59,319 nt of DNA from a virus (Duplodnaviria; Caudoviricetes): the IMG/VR virus record IMGVR_UViG_3300030331_006178, positions 1-59,319 of that record; one strand, written 5' to 3'. The notes under the pieces were generated by a model. It was not told where the DNA came from. It ran no database searches and saw only the letters and a list, made by a program, of their open reading frames with translations. A program made the translations under genes and the position numbers. Shown here one piece after another: positions 38,901-49,400 of this stretch. Within the stretch, counting starts at the first letter, position 1. Every line of letters starts with the position of its first letter.

Positions 38901-41900
38901 TTTGACCTCTGGTTCAAGCACTCAAATCAATAGATATGGCTTCTTAACCAACCTATCAAATAAACAATTTACTGGACGTGGAGAAGATTTTGCAGCCTCT
39001 AGCACGGCAGTAGTTTCAATTGACGACTTCGTAGTTGCAAAACCTAACCTACCAGAAGTTTTATCGAGTGAAAACACAATAAAAGTGCTTTCAAACGACG
39101 ATATATATTTCACCAGAGACAGTAGACCGACTTTCTTTGATTTATATGTAGAAAAAAGTCCCTATCAAAACATCTCAGAAGAAATGTTAAAGTTTATGTC
39201 CACCGTTGTTGATTTTAATAACTTAATAGGTTCTGCGGTGGATAGGTATCGCGGTGAATATAAAGCTTTAAAAATGCTTAGGCAATTGTTTTTCCAGCGT
39301 ATGGATACTCCGAACGTAGATAAATATATTGAGTATTTCAAGTGGTTTGACTTAGCAGTCTCTGCTATGATCCAAAAGCTGGCGCCAATGTCTTCAGGGC
39401 TAAATGATAGACCTTTAAGGAATATTATTGAATCTCACATTCTTGAAAGAAACAAATATCAATCAAAGTTTCCCACTTATGAGTTTAAGCAGACAGACCC
39501 TGAAGCCAGGCTGTTTGGTGTTAATGAATTAACTTATCCGTGGAAAGAAGGGCATGCCCCTCTTAGCTTCGCGGCATCTGATCAGGATGATAATTGTCTT
39601 TGGTTAAAAGAGAGAGCAGAAAGGACTGGCTCAATATCTAGTGGGGATATAAATGTAGACTCAGACCGTCAAGAAATATTAGACGTAATAAACAATCTTA
39701 ACAACGCAACGCCACCAAACTTAAGCGGCTCAGACGGCACCTATCAAGGTTCAACATATGCCCTTCGCCGCTTCGCAAGACCATATAAAATAAATGCTGT
39801 AAAGCAGTCCGATATACACGGCGGCTCAAATGGATATGATAATAAAAAAGTTGGTTTCTGGGACGCCATAAGAAAGCGCCCAACACCTTCAGAGCCTGGT
39901 GAAGGCGGCTTGATTTCAATTGAGCCACCAGATTCTTCACTAGAAGAGTTTAAAGATTGCGATGATAATCTTATCTTAAACAAAGGTAAAAGAAGATTTA
40001 GCTTCTCTGCCGGCACAGCCATTGACGGTGCAGAGAACTTTAGTGATGTCTTTAAAGGGCAGCTTATTTTTCCGTTTAGCTTGTATAGCTCCTCAGTAAC
40101 AGATAACCCTGCCATGGCTGACCTAGAAGACTTTAAAGCAAATTTAGCAGTTACCAATCTACATCACGATTCTTATGGACCAGATAGAGATGTTCCAATG
40201 CAGGGACCATTTACAGAGAAATATGTTGGCGGTCGATCTTACAGACACGTAATGAGTAACCTTACGCCTAATAATACGACTCCATTGGTTGAAGGTCAAA
40301 GATTAGAGGGTTGGAGACTAACGGGAAGTGTAGAGGGCAATTTAGATTTAACAAATGTATCAGTGCATAATCCAAAATCAGTCTTCTTAAGGGAAGAGTA
40401 TGCAAAAAGACCTGTAAATATAAAGAATATCCAACAACTAACGGGCGCTTCTGATAGCACCGGCATTCACCCTGAGTCATCAACAAAGATAGGAAATTAT
40501 ACAAATACTTATGAAATTGTAATGACTAACGGTCGTTCTTTAAATAATCGTTATTTGGTTGAATCTGATGGCTTTTTATCAACCACGACACCTGATTCTT
40601 TATTTGTCTCTGGTGTAATTGATTTTCCACTTCCAAGAAGAGACTTGACGGGTTCAAACAAAGCTATTATTGTAAATAGATTTTCCTCTCCGGGCGACCC
40701 AGCAACAATGGGCGAAGGTATGCTGGACACAGCAGCTGCTGAATTTAGTGTTTATAATGCGCTACCCTTTAGAAATTTATCTGTGCGACTACCACTACAA
40801 GAACTTTTAACAGATCACGCAAATCAATTTGGATTATTTAGTGATCAATTCACGGTCGCTGCTTTTGCAAGAGCAGGAAAAGACTATGCGGCTGTGGGTG
40901 GCTCATCTTCTATTAACGATCCTGGTGCAGACTTAGACTACATAGGCACAGGTTCTTTTCACAAAGTAAACAGAAACGGAAGAAAACAACCAAAATATTC
41001 AAATGAGTTTACAGGCGATACAGGTACTATTTCGACCAATCCTGTGTTTGATAACTTTTTTGTACAACATCAGATACCACAAACAGATGTACAATATTCT
41101 TGGATTACAGCAAGCTTAATTAATACATATACTGGAAGTGCATTATTTGGTTTTGAACAGCCAGATTTTAGCAATGCTAGTCTTGCCTCTACTGATTTAA
41201 CATTTGTAAGCGCTTCTGATTCTGGTAGTTTGAATATAAAAGTAGATTTTGCTGGGCTGAATACTCTTGTCATAGACAATGTGTTGTCTGCGTCTAATCT
41301 ATTATCAAGTTCTGATTATTATAATGATGATATTGAAAGTTTAGATGACGCATTGACCACTAACGCAGTTATTTCTCATCGTGGAGGTCCCGCAGGCGGA
41401 TCCAATTGGAAACTTTATAGAAAAGATGGTCATCCAATTGTAAGAGCACACAGGGTGGAAAATAGAATAAGCTTTTTAAATGAAAAAATTATTTTTGAAA
41501 ACGACAGCCCCGCTCTTGAGGTTACTATAGACTCTGTTATTGAACCACCGATAACGAGTAAATATAAAAAAATAACGCACGTGGTTGTTGATAGGGAGAG
41601 TGGTGATGAAGTAGCAATAGATCACACCTATATGAACAACATTCGTTATTTCACAGATCACACTCTTGATAATCTTGATTTGGATGCTAAATTGCTAGAT
41701 CCACAAAGAAACAAAAAAGCAGATCAACAAATGCTTGATATCATTAATTATTATTTATATCAAGCAAATGACTTCGCTGATGCCCCAGAACTCAATCCGA
41801 TATCAGGCTTAGTGAAATTAATTACAAGAGAGACAATATTCCCAAGAGAACAAAACACCTACCTATCAACTCATAGGCAAAGAAGTGATTTCCTTAGCTT

Positions 41901-44900
41901 CATATGGCGAGACGATATAAAAGTAAGAAAGCAAAAAGGTTCGCAAGATCCGATTGTAAAAAACCTTAGTTTGGATTCCACCCCTTATGGGTTTTTAGAT
42001 ATAACTAGCATGAGCAACGCACGAACCGGCGGCGGCTCAATTTCCGCTAGTATATTCCCACTTGACGCAAGAGGCGATGTCCCTAATACAATCGTACCTG
42101 GTGAAGATAAGGTAGATAGCATGGAAGATTTGACTCAACAACCTTTCGAAACTTGTAATATTGCTATAATAAGACCTAATAATATTTGTGGACAGTTTCC
42201 GGGGATCTTCACCGGCGCCAGCTTTATAACACCAAGTACGACAGGCGAGCAATTGCCTACCGTGCTATTTAGCACAACCGCCACTGACGGCGCTGGAATA
42301 TTACAAAATGCTATTCTACCTTTCTCATGGTATAATAAATTTGTTAACCGAATTGATCTACGGATAGACGAGGGCTTTGTACGAGGCTATTCGACATTAG
42401 TACCTCAGTATAACAGAAGATTTGCCGGCGCCCTACCGGAGGACGGCACGCTGCGTATATATAGCGCATCGACTCCAGAGCAAGCAGTTCCGCGTTCGGG
42501 TGTAGAATATAAATTTGGAGATACAAAGTGGGAAGCTGGTGAACAATCTGGAAAGTCACCTTTTTACGATAGCTACTCCGATTACATTGAAGACATCAAA
42601 AGAGCGGGTAAAGACTTTAGCCTAATACCGGAGTTTAGAATTTCTGAGCATATGGATTTTTATCTTAATAAAGCAGAAAATGGTTTCTTAACCGCTCCAG
42701 ACACTGCGTTTGAATTAACTGGCACTGTTGTTTCTTCTAGTGCAAATGAAGAATTTGCAAAAGTTTACTCTAATTCTGATTTCTTAAAAACCTTTGCAGT
42801 TGTTAACGATTTTTATGGTGCGCAAACCACACCATCAAAAATAACTTTATCTGCAGAAGCATTAATAAAATTCTTACCTTACAGCGGCTTTTATCCTGCA
42901 GATAGAACTGTTGAGTTGTCTAAATTGTTTTTTCAAAGCTATTCTGCTAGTGTCAATATAACAGGTTCATTCACGAACTTTGATAGCACTACAATTACCG
43001 CCGGTGATACAATCATTGGTCAAACTGCCGGCGGCATGTACCCAATTTGGAAACCTTTATTCGCTCCTGGTATTTTATTTAATAGTATTAAATCGGGCAT
43101 TGCTGTTGATTACCCAGTTCATACATCAAACGTACAGCTTGATACCAGAGGTGTAGCTGGTAATTATAATCGAACAATGAATGGACAGTTTTTAGAAAAC
43201 ATTCCAAGAATCGCAACTGATTTTGATTTTAGAGTGCCCTTTGAAGCGCTTTTAAATCCTGAAGGTCATTTAAATCAGTTTATCGTTAGTAGTGAGCCGC
43301 ATCCAACAGCTGCTTTCGGCGCCACACCGCATCAAAAAACAGGTAGCTCTGAGGGTCAAGGCACTCAGCGAATGTCTGCTTCACTAGCTGCTCCTGGTAA
43401 GTTAAATTACAAATTAGCTATGAATAACTTTTTAGCTTCAACTATTGATTTCTTTAAGCCAGGGGGCAATTTAACAACAATTGCTTCCAAGCCTGATACA
43501 AACACTGATGGTTTTGGTGTAAATTTTGATTCAACAAAAGAATATAGAATGAGAGTAGTTTGCTATAATGGGATACGATCAACATTTGAAGAGCTTAGTG
43601 CTAGTATAAATGCAGGAGCATCTGATAACCCGGCTGCTACATTTCAAAATCCTGAAATAGTTCCTTCTTATAGAATCAACCCTGCGTCATGTGTTATGTA
43701 TAGACAAGATGGCTTAAATGTACAAGCAGATATGTATGGCGCCGCATTTGGTCCACCTTGTGATTCCAGCGGTTCTTTATCAATGGATCGATCTGGTCTT
43801 ACTGATACTCAAGCCACGACTCCACTGTACGGAACTGCATCCTTTGAACCGTTCACACCGCCATATTATGATGGATATAGTCATATTGAGTTTATTTTTA
43901 GACCGGAAGATGCTGATATATTCCAACCAGAGGATTTAAGCATACCAGCTATTTTATCTAATGTGGAACAAAATGGTTTTGGATTTAAAAGATTTGTAAC
44001 CCAACACGTACCAGGTTTAGGGTTCGATGACCTCGGCAACAGTTCTGTGGCTACAAAAAACAGAATGCAGCTAACATCAAGTATAAACTTAAGTGTGATT
44101 GAGAACGCGTCAGTTGACTTTGATGCGTTTGGGAACCCCCAGGTGATTAAAAAAGGTGGAGATACATCAAATGTTTTAACCATTCAGCCAAAGTGGGAGA
44201 CACCTATTCTTGACTTTAAAGATGTCGCAGCGACGCTACCAGTCAGTGGCTCCGGTTCTATTGCAAAAGGAATGTGGCATCAGTATGGTGTGAAACCGTC
44301 AGGTAGCAATGGAATATTCTTGCAAATACAAAACATTGCAGATTCCGAAAAAACAAACATAGCAAAAACTGGATCACTAGCCGATCTTCTTGGCTTTGAT
44401 ACTAATCCTCGTAAACTGGGGCAAGTTGCTGAGTCTAAAAAGATTTCTGAGGCTATTGTAGCTATACCATTCTTTAAAGATTTTAGTGGAAATATCAAGA
44501 AGTTTAATCTAAACAAAAAAGCTGTCGCAGTAGCAGAAGAAATAGTCGCTAAAAAAGAGGCTGGACTCCAACCTGATATAAGTGCTGAAAAACCAGATAT
44601 CGCAATTATTGATATGGTTTCTAAAATGAAAAAGTTTATTGTCCCACCTCACTTTGATTTTGTTAGAAACAAAGATGTAGTTGATCCCTTTGCAATGTTT
44701 ATATTTGAATTTGAAGTCAGTTTAACAGAAAAAGATTTAACAGACATATGGCAGAATTTAGAGCCAACTGTCGCAAGAAGCTTCCAAAAATCCGAAGCCT
44801 CTTTGCCGGTTGATATTTTTTCACCGCAGGATGTAGGTGCCGCTACGGGGGCTGATGGTCTGTTACCTGGAGAGGTAAATTTAGGCAAACAGTACGCTTT

Positions 44901-45315
44901 AATGGAGATTTTCCCAGAAAACACACAATGGATGGTGTTTAAGATAAAACAACGCTCAGCATTCAACTATTTTGCAAAAACAGCTGATTCATCAGATGAT
45001 TCAAACTTTAAATTTGATTTTGGTTTTGGTAGCAATGGTGAATCAACAAGCACCACACCAGATTATAGTTACAACTGGCCATTCGATTTCTTTAGTTTGA
45101 TTGAGCTAGCAAAAATAGATGCAAATTTAGAAATGACACCAACAGATTTTCTTAAAAAAGTTGAGATAGAAAACAAAGTAGTCGATAACTCAGTTGCGGG
45201 TGTGCCCATTACAAGTGAAAAGGCGCAAGCTTTAACACCAAAGCCTAATGATTTACAGATTGCGCCTTCTATACCAGACACCACCGGCATCGGATTTGAT
45301 GGAGGTTCTAATTAA
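35995..45315 (+). CDS. Giant (3106 aa) baseplate wedge-like protein with LamG/concanavalin-A-like domains
   Basis: LamG motifs TIEFWLK, DDNWHHYSFRF, LFVDG, VDELRFW and YYKFNEG. A second degenerate copy has IRVWQN..LHWNF. The wedge-type motif KSKGTEKSFRNLIRCFG is also present. Confidence 0.65.
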   Translation: MSLKDLFKEQQYKNLSNSSISSLTASGVESAGYIEAYLEDRNRFIPLVDFSQPANFARFGSAEKYYFDSIRRVYQTYPYDGSKKEKIQWELSSSGLDLYLFENEYPRTTGFAVFSTSSLTATDTSTNYSVWGSYGAAGSGTYEYVSFNGGPHAGEGSAVHIDPDTGEAHYREKANLYDLSKNRECNLKIGGDDGNTIEFWLKKAAFNTNATQTEVIFDIFTTSSISSSLDYGRMTVEVSGHGAGTNTLSPFYVTYLSGTSGISKQNIGASITTSSVADDNWHHYSFRFKNEGSNTSVDLFVDGDFNHNIKTGTTTDYVSGTLVGTIGALATEPSGTHAGSPQAGEGWGKLSGSVDELRFWKVWRNSQQIQTRWFDQVGGGTNTDDANTNLGLYYKFNEGITLTSSTDSVVLDYSGRISNGTWVGYSSLFSRDTGSAINETNLTNFSGSEFRDPILYAYHPEVQSFLSDKRKEGKEYDYGNPSTIYYSLPSWLIEEHDANDPDGEGIISNSLWNLTQILSSYFDNAANLMKSLPDLAQTEYVSGSQKPIPFMNRILESKGFVAPELFNAIDALENFENRDNNSIYTEKISDIKNIIYRNIYNNLTFINKSKGTEKSFRNLIRCFGIDDKIYKLNYYSNNVDYILEDNYRSVADKFKLVDFNTLLHTNAVVYQYSSSLNSNSTTFISASKDFTPATSQEAGLPFSVEANLIFPNRVDISDYHTLVSNDPTFRNNYPLFLTASMFGMHTAIDSTPAETTWNTNDFANFVVKAVKPSLFSNKAKFVLTGTAAGFIPELTSSFIDDIYADTDWSFLVSLYPEKFPNVNEVSGAAADESGYIVEFTGINKVLDTVINEFTLTGTLAADEATKFLASPKRVFVGSHRDNFTGSVLQQTDIKFNTIRVWQNKLTAKDLSVHASDPNNYSIKNPEQNAYLFNTKINKVYVPNKETMLLHWNFNNVTGSDASGEFIVDDLTSGSSTQINRYGFLTNLSNKQFTGRGEDFAASSTAVVSIDDFVVAKPNLPEVLSSENTIKVLSNDDIYFTRDSRPTFFDLYVEKSPYQNISEEMLKFMSTVVDFNNLIGSAVDRYRGEYKALKMLRQLFFQRMDTPNVDKYIEYFKWFDLAVSAMIQKLAPMSSGLNDRPLRNIIESHILERNKYQSKFPTYEFKQTDPEARLFGVNELTYPWKEGHAPLSFAASDQDDNCLWLKERAERTGSISSGDINVDSDRQEILDVINNLNNATPPNLSGSDGTYQGSTYALRRFARPYKINAVKQSDIHGGSNGYDNKKVGFWDAIRKRPTPSEPGEGGLISIEPPDSSLEEFKDCDDNLILNKGKRRFSFSAGTAIDGAENFSDVFKGQLIFPFSLYSSSVTDNPAMADLEDFKANLAVTNLHHDSYGPDRDVPMQGPFTEKYVGGRSYRHVMSNLTPNNTTPLVEGQRLEGWRLTGSVEGNLDLTNVSVHNPKSVFLREEYAKRPVNIKNIQQLTGASDSTGIHPESSTKIGNYTNTYEIVMTNGRSLNNRYLVESDGFLSTTTPDSLFVSGVIDFPLPRRDLTGSNKAIIVNRFSSPGDPATMGEGMLDTAAAEFSVYNALPFRNLSVRLPLQELLTDHANQFGLFSDQFTVAAFARAGKDYAAVGGSSSINDPGADLDYIGTGSFHKVNRNGRKQPKYSNEFTGDTGTISTNPVFDNFFVQHQIPQTDVQYSWITASLINTYTGSALFGFEQPDFSNASLASTDLTFVSASDSGSLNIKVDFAGLNTLVIDNVLSASNLLSSSDYYNDDIESLDDALTTNAVISHRGGPAGGSNWKLYRKDGHPIVRAHRVENRISFLNEKIIFENDSPALEVTIDSVIEPPITSKYKKITHVVVDRESGDEVAIDHTYMNNIRYFTDHTLDNLDLDAKLLDPQRNKKADQQMLDIINYYLYQANDFADAPELNPISGLVKLITRETIFPREQNTYLSTHRQRSDFLSFIWRDDIKVRKQKGSQDPIVKNLSLDSTPYGFLDITSMSNARTGGGSISASIFPLDARGDVPNTIVPGEDKVDSMEDLTQQPFETCNIAIIRPNNICGQFPGIFTGASFITPSTTGEQLPTVLFSTTATDGAGILQNAILPFSWYNKFVNRIDLRIDEGFVRGYSTLVPQYNRRFAGALPEDGTLRIYSASTPEQAVPRSGVEYKFGDTKWEAGEQSGKSPFYDSYSDYIEDIKRAGKDFSLIPEFRISEHMDFYLNKAENGFLTAPDTAFELTGTVVSSSANEEFAKVYSNSDFLKTFAVVNDFYGAQTTPSKITLSAEALIKFLPYSGFYPADRTVELSKLFFQSYSASVNITGSFTNFDSTTITAGDTIIGQTAGGMYPIWKPLFAPGILFNSIKSGIAVDYPVHTSNVQLDTRGVAGNYNRTMNGQFLENIPRIATDFDFRVPFEALLNPEGHLNQFIVSSEPHPTAAFGATPHQKTGSSEGQGTQRMSASLAAPGKLNYKLAMNNFLASTIDFFKPGGNLTTIASKPDTNTDGFGVNFDSTKEYRMRVVCYNGIRSTFEELSASINAGASDNPAATFQNPEIVPSYRINPASCVMYRQDGLNVQADMYGAAFGPPCDSSGSLSMDRSGLTDTQATTPLYGTASFEPFTPPYYDGYSHIEFIFRPEDADIFQPEDLSIPAILSNVEQNGFGFKRFVTQHVPGLGFDDLGNSSVATKNRMQLTSSINLSVIENASVDFDAFGNPQVIKKGGDTSNVLTIQPKWETPILDFKDVAATLPVSGSGSIAKGMWHQYGVKPSGSNGIFLQIQNIADSEKTNIAKTGSLADLLGFDTNPRKLGQVAESKKISEAIVAIPFFKDFSGNIKKFNLNKKAVAVAEEIVAKKEAGLQPDISAEKPDIAIIDMVSKMKKFIVPPHFDFVRNKDVVDPFAMFIFEFEVSLTEKDLTDIWQNLEPTVARSFQKSEASLPVDIFSPQDVGAATGADGLLPGEVNLGKQYALMEIFPENTQWMVFKIKQRSAFNYFAKTADSSDDSNFKFDFGFGSNGESTSTTPDYSYNWPFDFFSLIELAKIDANLEMTPTDFLKKVEIENKVVDNSVAGVPITSEKAQALTPKPNDLQIAPSIPDTTGIGFDGGSN

Positions 45316-45320
45316 TAATA

Positions 45321-46406
45321 ATGAGTTACTTAGATCAAAAAGAAGAAGTTATAAGCTTGGAGTTAACTCCGTATGGAAAATATTTACTGTCGATCGGCGA
45401 GCTAGACCCAGTATACTATGCTTTTTTTGATGATGATATTATATATGATTCTGAGTACGCTAATATTGACGCAGAACCACAGAACAACGTCGAGCCTAGA
45501 ATTCAAGAAGAAACTCCTAGATTCGCAGCCCAAGGTGTTCAGACTAGCAGGGAAACTGATATTATCAGCAAAAGATTTGTCGAAGGAGGAATAGATCTTT
45601 TTGATCCACTCGATCCGACAACCTCTTGGCTTCTTAGTGAGGGTAGAACTAATGAAGTTATACTTTATAACTTGTTGACTCCACAACCTCTGTCGGATGA
45701 AAACACTCTTAAATGGCAGCCGATTGGAAAGTCCGATCCTTCAAAACAAAACGCTCCCGCGTGGAATGTTTCATTTCTTAAAGCTGAACTTTCTTCGTCC
45801 TCGGACACATTATTGATATCTGGCTCCCATGGAACTAGTCACTACAACGTGCCGCAGCTAAACAGCGAAGTCGAATATATAATTGAAAGAAACAGCAAAA
45901 AACACAATGTTCTCTATGCACCAGATAATTTAGTAGAAGAGCCAGATCCAACTACGAATCCAGAGTTACTAGACAGTCTTAGCATCCTACCGTATTCTAG
46001 CGGCGCCACCATTACGGTAAAAAAAGACTTTTTGGTGATTAGGGTTGAAGAGTCGAATGTTAATTTTGATAAAGAAAACTTTGAAATAGAACTTTTTGAA
46101 GTACAGACTTATCCTGTTACTGGAGAAGAGATTCTTAGCCCTATAAAATTTTATAAAAATGAAGAGGATGCTTTGCAAGACTCTATAAACAATAGGTCAC
46201 GACCGGATGTGGCTAACTGGTATTTTGATATTCTCGTAGATCAAGAAATCGGTAGTGATGTTATCTGTCCGTTAATCACAGAAGACAAGACAAAACAATT
46301 CTATAATACAAACATGTTTGGTTGTGAAGATATTGATTTGTTCAGAGGAGATGTTGTGCAAAATATTTATTTTGAAGAGGACGACACAAAGGATGTATGT
46401 GAATAA
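45321..46406 (+). CDS. Virion structural protein (tail-collar-like N-terminal motif)
   Basis: LELTPYGKYLLSIG...YAFFDDDIIY resembles the N-terminus of ORF 53643..54602. Confidence 0.55.
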   Translation: MSYLDQKEEVISLELTPYGKYLLSIGELDPVYYAFFDDDIIYDSEYANIDAEPQNNVEPRIQEETPRFAAQGVQTSRETDIISKRFVEGGIDLFDPLDPTTSWLLSEGRTNEVILYNLLTPQPLSDENTLKWQPIGKSDPSKQNAPAWNVSFLKAELSSSSDTLLISGSHGTSHYNVPQLNSEVEYIIERNSKKHNVLYAPDNLVEEPDPTTNPELLDSLSILPYSSGATITVKKDFLVIRVEESNVNFDKENFEIELFEVQTYPVTGEEILSPIKFYKNEEDALQDSINNRSRPDVANWYFDILVDQEIGSDVICPLITEDKTKQFYNTNMFGCEDIDLFRGDVVQNIYFEEDDTKDVCE

Positions 46407-49400
46407 TGATATCGCTAGAAAGTTTATCACAAGAGTTATTACCAAACATATATGTTAAAAATCTGACATTAAACACAGATTACAAAACTGTTGATAGTGA
46501 TACAGACAATAAGGGCAAATCCATACCAGATAATTCGTTTTCTAGTAATCTCACTTTGTCTTTAAAATTCTTAAAGAATCCTAAATTTCAATCCGAACTG
46601 GCTCTTTTGCTTGAATCCGAAATGATAGATTTGGTTAAAATATACGTACACCAGATTACTAGCAAGCCAGATTTTGAAGAACTTTACAAAGATGATATAA
46701 TAAACTCTGACGGAACACCAACAGAATTTGCGAAAACTGTATTGACGCAAGATAATTCTGAGTCACCATTCATCACAACTAAAATAAAATCTTTATTTGA
46801 AATATCTAAAAACTCTGAATTTGTAGGCTCAAATGGATTAACGCAGTTACCAGAGGAGCTATTAAGTGACGGCACAGCATTAAATGAAATCATTGGAGAA
46901 TTTCAATTTAATAACATTCCAAATGATACTGATTTTTTAGGATATGCTATAATAATTTCTATAAAATCAACGGCTGAAGCAGGAGAGGTTGACGCAATAT
47001 ATACAGATACATTTGTATCTAACATAACAAGAGAGATAGTAATCTTAGATGGTCAGTTACAAAACGAAGGTTTAATTTTTACCATAGCGCCGTTCGCTGC
47101 AGGCTCCGACATTTCAGCGCTATCTAAATTTGGGCAACCTGGAGACATCTGGGCAGGAGGAGTTCACATTCATGAGGGCAAATTTATGGCTGGACCTGTG
47201 CATAATCAGAACCCTCACCCCTTTTTAAATTACTCACTTGTTCCAATATCAAAATTCATTGACAACCGAGTGCGCACAAAAATAGAAAAAAACATATTAA
47301 ACATTACGAAGACGTTTGAAAAATTAAACTCTTTAACATCTCGATATAAAAGCTCTGCTAATCTTTTAGATTTTAATGAATATAAAAACAAAACATTTGT
47401 AAGTGATATATACCTCTCTCAAGATAGAAAAGGAAATGTTGAAGGCGCTTTTGTAGCTGATAAATTAGAATCCTTGAAAGGTAATTCTTCGTATGCATTT
47501 TTATTTGAAAATGCAAAACAGCTTTTTGCTAATGACTCCTCCTCATATCAGGAATTCGTAAATTTAATGATGCAGAAGTCTAAACTTATAAATGCGTATG
47601 TCTATGATGGTAACGTTACTTTGGGAACAATAACGGAAAACCAGTCCGAGTCTCGATATCCAAAAAACTTTTATGAAGTAAAAGACAGCGACAGAGAGTT
47701 TATTATAAACAAAAATAGCTTTATAATACCTAGAGATCCAAAAGCTCGATCTTCCTATTCTTCTATTGGTTTTGAATATTTTACTTTTAAGCACTATATT
47801 AGTGGCTATGAGTTAACAACTAAAAGCTATTCTACAGAGCTTGAATACATAGACCCAACTATTGAATTTGTTAAAGAGACCATACAAAGTTTAAGATTAA
47901 GTTCTAATAGTCTAAGCTCTTTGATTGACTTTATTAACAAAACACCCCCACCGAGCTTCACCGGCGCATCGAAAAGCAATGGTGGTTTTGATCTTGTTAC
48001 ACAAAGAATTAATCCTGATGTATTGAACAGTATAAAAAACAGCGGCGGACCAGAATTTGCTACAGTAGAACAAAATCAAAATATATATTTAAAATCTCTA
48101 CTTGATTTACCCTTTAAAAATATAGCTATATACTTTTATAGCCCAGAAAAAGGCTTAGATTATAAAGCATTTGAAAATTATATTAAAAACGTATCAAATT
48201 TAAATATTGCAACGTTAGATACGCTTCTTGTTGTAAATGATTTTTTAATTAATCTGATTTACAAAATGGAACTTTCATTAAACAGTTTTGGAATAAAACA
48301 GACCAAGGAACAAAGTCCTAATTCATATGGATATCAATTATCAATTGGTGATGTAAAAGCAAGATCAAGTACTAAAGCGATAAAAATCAAGCCATTGAAA
48401 AAGTCACAGATTACAATATATGAATATGGATATGACTTTACTGGGCTAATTGACTTTCAAAAAATATTTGGTGTGGAATATTTTAACGGTAGAGCGAAAG
48501 ACAAATTTTTAGATATATCAACAGCCGACTATATAAATGCCTGCATATATTCTTTTTTAGAAATTGGTGAGGTAAATAATATAAACTCAAACTTTATTTT
48601 AACCAATGGTGATATAAAGTCTGTTCAAGGGCTTTTATACTCGTATCTAAACACACCAGCATTATCAGCAGAAGTCTTTAAATCTTGTATAGTTCTACCA
48701 GAAATAGTGGCGAATTTAAGTTCTACAGAGGTGGGTCCCCAACAGGTGTTTACCAGCATAATAAAATATAAAAATGATATTTTTGAAAACAACTCGCATG
48801 GCATAAATGGACCATTAACTTCGGGCGTATCGTTAAAAGAAGATTTGATTACACTTTTAAATGCAGCCGGCACTACATTACCCTCTGTAAACCAAACTCA
48901 GCTAGGCATTGTTAAGGAAGCAACAATAAACCCAGTAGCCAGCGATTCTTTAGTTCAAGTCGGTTCCAACTCTAATAGTGTTAATGATTTATTGTCTGCT
49001 ACGACAAATATAGATCCTCAATTGACTGCTAATTCTAATAATTTTAAAGTAAACCCTTCTTACACAAGACAAGTTGTATTAGAGGCAAATAGCGATATTA
49101 GTAAAAATAATTTATTAAGTGCTTTGAATAATAGAAGTATAATAACAAATGTTATAAAGAATTTTTCTTTTAATATTGAAAAAGAAATATTTTTACCAAC
49201 GGATCAAAATAACTTTGCTGGTGAGATAAAAGCTCCATTACATGTGTTGTGCTTACCAGGTGCTATTTCAAAATTAGGAGGTCCTACGGCGAATCCGTTT
49301 AAACCTTTTGACTCAGCTGAAAATCTTTATATATCTAATGGGATTGTGGATCCTGCGTTGTTATCCTATTTTTGGTTTATACATCAAAATATTGTAAGAG

